Assembly: GCA_016929065.1 (NCBI GenBank)
Contig: JAFGJO010000014.1
Span: 101 to 64,100 of the forward strand
Source: Spirochaetales bacterium
GTDB taxonomy: Bacteria > Spirochaetota > Spirochaetia > SZUA-6 > RPPD01
DNA: 64,000 nt
Reading direction: 5' to 3'
In this document: piece after piece, positions 58,885 to 64,000 of the stretch
Layout of the letters: the number at the start of each line of letters is the position of its first letter
Numbering within the stretch: the first letter of the stretch is position 1
The notes under the pieces: generated by a model
What the model saw: only the letters and a program-made list of their open reading frames with translations
What the model was told of the DNA's origin: nothing
Databases searched by the model: none
Position numbers and translations under genes: made by a program

Positions 58885-59498
58885 AAAAGACACTTTTATT
58901 TTTCCCTTTTTTTATTTTCTTTGCCGTGATCTCATCGCATTCATTATTCAGTGACCGCATTCTGTATGCGGAACAGTATTACCAGCTGTTCCACCGGCAT
59001 TTTTATCAGTATCCCGAGGATTCACTGGAAAACATTTACTATCTGGAGCTGGCATTGAACGCAAACTTCGCAAATCCGCTCTATGCACTTGCGAAAATAA
59101 AAGACAAGACAGAATACCAGCGGTATACACATCTGTTCAGGATGCATGTCAATCTGAAAATAATAGAACAATATCTCATTCTGGGAAGCAAATATGACAA
59201 GTTTGAGGTCTATTTTTTCAACAAAGAAGGCCCCTGGAAAAATGCCATTTGCGAGAGTGTAAAGACAGCGGAATGGGCATACACCACTGCAAAATATTAT
59301 TGGGAACAGGCAAAAATGTGGTCCACACAGGCCTTTGGACTGCGCCGGATACACTTGGACGCGATTCAGAGCTGGGAGGACGAAAATTTCCGCATCGAGA
59401 CAAGAGACCTCGATTACGAACGAATTATTAACAAGCAGCTCGCCCGGATTGCCGAAGCACGGCAATATCTTGAATGTGCACCCAATTCCCCAAATTAA
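58881..59498 (+). CDS. Conserved hypothetical exported protein
   Basis: GTGA overlap with the tmk stop; signal-like N-terminus; aromatic-rich helical body (YAEQYYQLFH, FANPLYAL). Confidence 0.75.
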   Translation: MKKTLLFFPFFIFFAVISSHSLFSDRILYAEQYYQLFHRHFYQYPEDSLENIYYLELALNANFANPLYALAKIKDKTEYQRYTHLFRMHVNLKIIEQYLILGSKYDKFEVYFFNKEGPWKNAICESVKTAEWAYTTAKYYWEQAKMWSTQAFGLRRIHLDAIQSWEDENFRIETRDLDYERIINKQLARIAEARQYLECAPNSPN

Positions 59499-59650
59499 CA
59501 GGGAAAAACAATATCATTTAATTGAATATTAGCTCTTGCTGATTTTCGAATATTTACTATTATAAATGTAGAAAAAAGATGCTTGATCAATACAGGAAAA
59601 GAGTATACTGTACGGTAATTATAAAACAAAACGGCTGGATGGAGATAAAA

Positions 59651-59974
59651 ATGATATTCAAAAAGCATGAAGCCGGTGATGAACTGATTGTCGAAATTGA
59701 AGGTCAGCTCTCCGGAGACAATACCGAGAAAGCATTTCAAAACGAACTGCGGGACCTTGAAAAAACGCCTCATATGGTGATCACGTTTAATCTTACCCAT
59801 GTCAACGCCATCAACTCTGCCAATATCGGAAAGTTTTTCCTGTTCATGAACAGGCTCAAAGCACACGGCAGAAGCCTGCGGATCAAGGGCTGCAGCGATA
59901 CCTTATACCAGACATTCCAGCTGATCCGCCTGGAGGATTTTCTCCCCGTTGAAAAAAACGCCTCGGCAGTATAA
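59651..59974 (+). CDS. STAS-domain anti-sigma-factor antagonist
   Basis: GGAG RBS; VEIEGQL...FNLTHVNAINSANIGKF...TFQLIRL. Confidence 0.85.
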   Translation: MIFKKHEAGDELIVEIEGQLSGDNTEKAFQNELRDLEKTPHMVITFNLTHVNAINSANIGKFFLFMNRLKAHGRSLRIKGCSDTLYQTFQLIRLEDFLPVEKNASAV

Positions 59975-60015
59975 ACCGAAAAGGATTTGAACGTCCAATC
60001 AGAAAATGTTCTGTT

Positions 60016-60855
60016 CTATTTTTTTTCTGCCAGAAACAGCATGACATCGCCAAAACCCCATTTCTTGGCCAGCCGGTCAACCGGCCGTTTTATCCAGCGG
60101 GGCGCGGTGCCGACCGCGAGCCCGCCCCAGGTCTTGACAGTGACAATATGAAAACCGAGCCTGACGAGCAGCGTACTGAGCGTCTTTTTGGAAAATAAAA
60201 ACAAATGATCACGTATTGCAGACCGCCATTTTTCCCTGAACAGTTTTGCCTGAAATCCTGCAATATTCGGCGTGGTGATAATGACCCTCCCGCCGGGTTT
60301 CAATATGCGCCTGACTTCCAGAAGGAACACAACCGGGTCGCTCACATGCTCGATAAGATGGGAAAAATGAATGATCGAAAATGAATTGTCCGGGAGTTTT
60401 GTATCTTCCAATGTTCCAATATTGATGTTTACCCCGCGCTTGTTGATGCCGTATTCTGCCGACTCCGGACAGAGTTCTACACCTTCGACATGAAATCCAA
60501 GGTGTTTCATATGCTCCAGAAGACGTCCGGTTGCACAGCCGATATCACAAAACGTTTTGTCTTCCCAGGCTGACAGGAAGGCATCAGTATAGCCGATATC
60601 CCTCATTCCCAAAAGCATCAAATTGAAAAAGTTCTCTTCATTGGAAAACTCGTACTGAAAGTACTGGTTGCGGTAGCGCCCCTGGAGATCGGAGAACAGG
60701 GGCTGCGGATTCTGATACACCAGAGTGCACCTGCTGCATTCGACAAAGCGGGCATCTTCGACATGAAACCGCGGTGTTGAAGGAACATCTCCGCAGAGCG
60801 GACAGGGTATCGAAACTGCTTCAGCTGCCTTTCCGGAACTTGAATAGGTTTTCAT
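60016..60855 (-). CDS. Class I SAM-dependent methyltransferase with an N-terminal zinc-ribbon-like motif
   Basis: CPLCG...CSRC; DIGCATG, GVE, HLIEHV.DP and LKPGG...TPN. Confidence 0.9.
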   Translation of the reverse strand: MKTYSSSGKAAEAVSIPCPLCGDVPSTPRFHVEDARFVECSRCTLVYQNPQPLFSDLQGRYRNQYFQYEFSNEENFFNLMLLGMRDIGYTDAFLSAWEDKTFCDIGCATGRLLEHMKHLGFHVEGVELCPESAEYGINKRGVNINIGTLEDTKLPDNSFSIIHFSHLIEHVSDPVVFLLEVRRILKPGGRVIITTPNIAGFQAKLFREKWRSAIRDHLFLFSKKTLSTLLVRLGFHIVTVKTWGGLAVGTAPRWIKRPVDRLAKKWGFGDVMLFLAEKK

Positions 60856-61736
60856 TCTACTCCCCGTACTGAAACCAGAAAGTTTTTTTCAACCGCGTTT
60901 CCGGAAAAATCCTTCACCTTCACCGTTACCATGATGTTTCCGGCAGGGAATCTGACATCATCGAAATGGATGGTATCAATGTATATTTCCCCGTCACGGT
61001 ACAGTTCATACAGCTTTTTTTTGTCTTGGCCGAGAACCGATTCATTGTTCTCCGTGGCAATCCGGTCATACAGAATATGCCCTGCAGTCTGGCCGTTTAT
61101 CAAAACGGAAATATCATGGGGCAAGAACTTTTTGTTTCGCGTATTTTCGTTACGGAAATCAATTGCATGAACAAATACCGAATAGTCTCCTTCCGGCAGT
61201 GTTTTTGCATTGAACAGAGACAGGGAATTGCCGCTCCGCTGGACAAATACATCCAGAACGACCGGATACTGTGCATCTGGAAGGCCGGGCAGCTTTAAAA
61301 ATGGATTAAAAAACGACATGGTTTGCTGATCGAAAAATGACAGATGCAGGTGTTTTCCGATCGAATACCCCGAGTTGCCCACAATACCAATGACCGATTC
61401 GGCAGTGACCTGATAGATCCGGCGCGGAATGGACTGGTCCTCCAGGTGACAATATAATGACCTGAGCTGGTTTGCGTGTTCGACTGTAATATAATTTCCA
61501 AGACCGGCCGGAAGGCTTGAATAGGAATGGGATTCCTCATGTACAAATACCACCTCGCCGGGTCCGACAGGTCTCACCTCTTTGATATCCCCGCCGATAT
61601 CGATTCCTGAATGAAAGTGATCCTGACGGTATTCGCCGAAAACACCGGTAATCACCGGATGCGAAACCGGCCAGTCAAATGAACATAAAAAAAACAGACA
61701 CAGAAAAGAAATAATGAGCGGTATTTTTTTCTGCAT
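60852..61736 (-). CDS. M23-family metallopeptidase
   Basis: FGEYR..HFHSGID, YCHL and GNSG.S.GKHLH. Confidence 0.9.
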   Translation of the reverse strand: MQKKIPLIISFLCLFFLCSFDWPVSHPVITGVFGEYRQDHFHSGIDIGGDIKEVRPVGPGEVVFVHEESHSYSSLPAGLGNYITVEHANQLRSLYCHLEDQSIPRRIYQVTAESVIGIVGNSGYSIGKHLHLSFFDQQTMSFFNPFLKLPGLPDAQYPVVLDVFVQRSGNSLSLFNAKTLPEGDYSVFVHAIDFRNENTRNKKFLPHDISVLINGQTAGHILYDRIATENNESVLGQDKKKLYELYRDGEIYIDTIHFDDVRFPAGNIMVTVKVKDFSGNAVEKNFLVSVRGVE

Positions 61737-62840
61737 TTATTGTTCCTCCACTCCATACGGCACAATATCACGATTTCTTCCGGTATACATCAGTGTTTTA
61801 TCTGACCCCAGATACCGTACCTCAGAGGCAAATCCGGTGCGGAAAATAACGGTCTGCGGCGGATAGACAACCAGAAGTTCCTTGCTTTCGCCATTCCGGC
61901 AGACAAGATGCATCAGCTGCTGATCCTGCTGATAATACAATTCAAGGAGCGTCCCCGGAAGATGAACTGCAGACAGATCATGGGTTTCCAGGTCAAGACA
62001 GTACAGCGAATCCTGCTGTTCAAAAAATAAATATTTTGAATCCGGGGAAAACATCATCCGGCGTTCTGTCCTGCCCGGATCATCAATTTCGCTCCGGAAT
62101 ACCTCCTGAAAATTTTCCGTGTCATACAGAACAAGAAACAGGGGGTCAGCCCCGGTCAGAATTGCAAAGTATTTGCCCTGCTCCTGGATTGCCGTACCGT
62201 AAATACAAAGCACCCTGGAGTCATTAATCCTGCCGCCGCTCAGGGTATCCCCGGTTTTTCCAAAAAGCAGAAACTGGCCGTTTGAAAGGCCGAGCAGAGC
62301 CAAATCGGCGTTGGCGGCAAAACTGGTGATCCATGAAGGGACACTCCGACGCCACAATGTAACGCCCTGCCGGTTTACTTCCCGCAGACTGGTACAGTCG
62401 CTCGTGATAATAAAGAGCCGCTCGCCGTCCGCTGCAAACAGCGGATACCCCGGCCCGGAAATGGAGAGCGGGTCATGGCCGTACACATCTCTTTTTACCA
62501 GATCGCCGGGCACCGCCGGATAACTGATAAATCCCTGCGGCGACATGGTGAGTCCGTAATCACTTTTTGCCTGAAAAATTATGGCGTTCTGTGCGTCTAT
62601 ATAGCCGAAGATCCCGTCCTTCCCGGTGTTGAGAAAAAACGGGGTGGCAGATGTCAGGCCTGAACCGACCTGGGTGCCGGCAGGATTTTTTTCTCCTGTT
62701 GTTTCAGGAACATGGACCGCCGGCCGTACCATGACCACCAATTCAGGGATAATCCTGTTTGGGAAAAAGGCGAGGTACATTCCTGCAGCAAGAAAAGACA
62801 AAATAATCAATGATTTGGAAATCAGTTTCTTTTTCTTCAT
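61737..62840 (-). CDS. Membrane-anchored beta-propeller-like hypothetical protein
   Basis: Start moved to ATG 62840; N-terminal TM; WD40/PQQ-like strands (LWRR..PSWITSF, FSPDSKYLF). Confidence 0.7.
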   Translation of the reverse strand: MKKKKLISKSLIILSFLAAGMYLAFFPNRIIPELVVMVRPAVHVPETTGEKNPAGTQVGSGLTSATPFFLNTGKDGIFGYIDAQNAIIFQAKSDYGLTMSPQGFISYPAVPGDLVKRDVYGHDPLSISGPGYPLFAADGERLFIITSDCTSLREVNRQGVTLWRRSVPSWITSFAANADLALLGLSNGQFLLFGKTGDTLSGGRINDSRVLCIYGTAIQEQGKYFAILTGADPLFLVLYDTENFQEVFRSEIDDPGRTERRMMFSPDSKYLFFEQQDSLYCLDLETHDLSAVHLPGTLLELYYQQDQQLMHLVCRNGESKELLVVYPPQTVIFRTGFASEVRYLGSDKTLMYTGRNRDIVPYGVEEQ

Positions 62841-62894
62841 GCGGTTTGTTTTTCGAATACAGCTGAATGCTGCCCTTTCATGTGTTGATAAAAG

Positions 62895-62959
62895 AATCGT
62901 ATAATTTTGAAACAGTGTTGTCAAACCCCGTTGACCCATCTGTACTACACGTCTATCAT
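62895..62959. promoter_or_regulatory. Back-to-back divergent sigma70 promoters
   Basis: Minus strand TTGACA-17-TACGAT; plus strand TTGACC-17-TATCAT. Confidence 0.55.
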
Positions 62960-62982
62960 TAACGAATACAAGGAGTTACGGT

Positions 62983-63399
62983 ATGGTGTTTGGAAACGAA
63001 ATACAAATAAATACTGAAGGCTTTTCAAAATGCCACGACATAACCGGAGAGGTGGCAGAAATCGTTGCGGAATCCGGGATCACCAACGGGCTTGTCAATA
63101 TTTCTTCAATTGGTTCAACAGCATCGGTCTCCACCATTGAATACGAGCCGGCTCTGGTGCAGGATCTTGAAGACGAGCTTGAAACGTTTATCCCCGCATC
63201 AAAGCCAACCCGCCATGGCTCCACATGGGGTGATGATAACGGTTTTTCGCACCTGCGCGCCACAATCATGGGCCCGGGCATTACGGTGCCAGTCCATGAA
63301 GGGACGCTGGTGCTGGGTACATGGCAGCAGATTGTCGTCATCGACCACGACAACCGGCCAAGGAACCGACGGGTCTTTGTGCAAGTGATTGGGGAGTAA
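62983..63399 (+). CDS. yjbQ: YjbQ / UPF0047-family protein
   Basis: DIT.EV...SGI.NG, GSTAS...EYEP, NG.SHLRA and LGTWQQI...DHD..R.R. Confidence 0.9.
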   Translation: MVFGNEIQINTEGFSKCHDITGEVAEIVAESGITNGLVNISSIGSTASVSTIEYEPALVQDLEDELETFIPASKPTRHGSTWGDDNGFSHLRATIMGPGITVPVHEGTLVLGTWQQIVVIDHDNRPRNRRVFVQVIGE

Positions 63400-63419
63400 A
63401 AACCTTCTGGACAAAATTT

Positions 63420-63592
63420 CTCACAAAGGCCGCGAAGATGATGAAATTTATTATTCAATTTCCAGGCTGACAAATCTGATTGGGAGATAATCACAAAAAA
63501 TAATTTCAAACTCATCAGATCTGAAGATACAAGGATTCAGCTTCCTTGAAAAATCCATTGACCTCTGAAAATCACCTTGTGTTCTTTGTGTG
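63420..63592. repeat. Degenerate inverted pair of 9-nt-period repeats between convergent genes
   Basis: CTCACAAAGGC CGCGAAGAT GATGAAAT (63420-63447) and CCTTGTGTT CTTTGTGTG (63575-63592). Confidence 0.55.
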
Positions 63593-63613
63593 ATCCTTTT
63601 CCTGTTCAGTGTG

Positions 63614-64000
63614 TTATTTCGTCGTCAGGCTGAATACCCCGTCCCAGTTTTTTGCAGGAGGTTTTTTCTTGTATTCCTCGCACCGTTTTATGAATTTTTC
63701 TGCAGGGCCGTCTGTTTCATTCAGCTTGAGTACTTTCTGAAACAGGTGCTTTGCCTTGTCCCATTCCTGATTCCGGAACAGTCCCAGTGCTTCTTCGAAG
63801 ATGGCAACCAATTCAAACATTTCCGGCCTCGCTTCTGATTTTTCGTCAATCAGCTCATAAATCTGGACGGGTTTTTTTATCCCCACAACTTGAACCCGAT
63901 CCAACTGCCGGGTGAGGAACTTTTCAGCGCCTTCTTCGTAGGTCGCCTGAGCAATCAGGATCGCGGTTCCATACTGCTTGTTCACTCCTTCAAGCCGGGC
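63614..64000 (-). CDS. Class III adenylate/guanylate cyclase, C-terminal part (5' end outside the window)
   Basis: ARLEGVNKQYGT.ILI...TY...R.LD.V.V.G.KKPV.IYEL, then the TPR-like tail DGPA...RC...PP..WDGV. Confidence 0.9.
   Translation of the reverse strand, partial: ARLEGVNKQYGTAILIAQATYEEGAEKFLTRQLDRVQVVGIKKPVQIYELIDEKSEARPEMFELVAIFEEALGLFRNQEWDKAKHLFQKVLKLNETDGPAEKFIKRCEEYKKKPPAKNWDGVFSLTTK

Noticed and set aside
1580-60018. Genome-wide TAG reassignment (for example genetic code 15)
   Set aside because: cheR, the ApgM-family gene, the ankyrin gene, the Crp-like gene, the 35179 gene, trpE, skp and the methyltransferase all end at TAG at their expected C-termini, some abutting the next RBS or ATG.

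Overview
Chromosomal window from a bacterium that is very probably a spirochaete. This is inferred from the protein styles (glmS, mutS, ruvX-ompH-bamA-tamB, tmk and conserved hypotheticals), not from a search. The first 12.3 kb is a minus-strand chemosensory operon: PAS-GAF-PP2C-HATPase, a frameshifted paralogue, STAS, cheA, MCP, cheY, cheW, MCP, cheR, cheD, cheB. Its cheA is one continuous 737-codon frame interrupted by two in-frame TAG codons; the ORF track hides this by splitting the gene. The rest contains a ParB-like plus spore-photoproduct-lyase-like radical SAM pair divergent from recQ, and a csoR-LDCC-copZ-copA copper operon with a clear operator. It also has a hybrid kinase with a response regulator, hom plus an ApgM-family gene, a secreted ankyrin protein, glmS, trxA and a Phd/PIN toxin-antitoxin pair. 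A trpE-trpGD-trpCF operon carries an unannotated single-Trp leader peptide, an attenuator and a 24-bp palindrome. Further along are a miniature flagellin-like gene, mutS, outer-membrane biogenesis genes, tandem CNNM/CorC genes with a structured leader, and tmk. A dispersed 9-nt-period repeat family occupies several intergenic spacers, and several genes look leaderless. I saw no rRNA, tRNA, CRISPR array or transposase. All calls come from reading motifs by eye; no searches were run.
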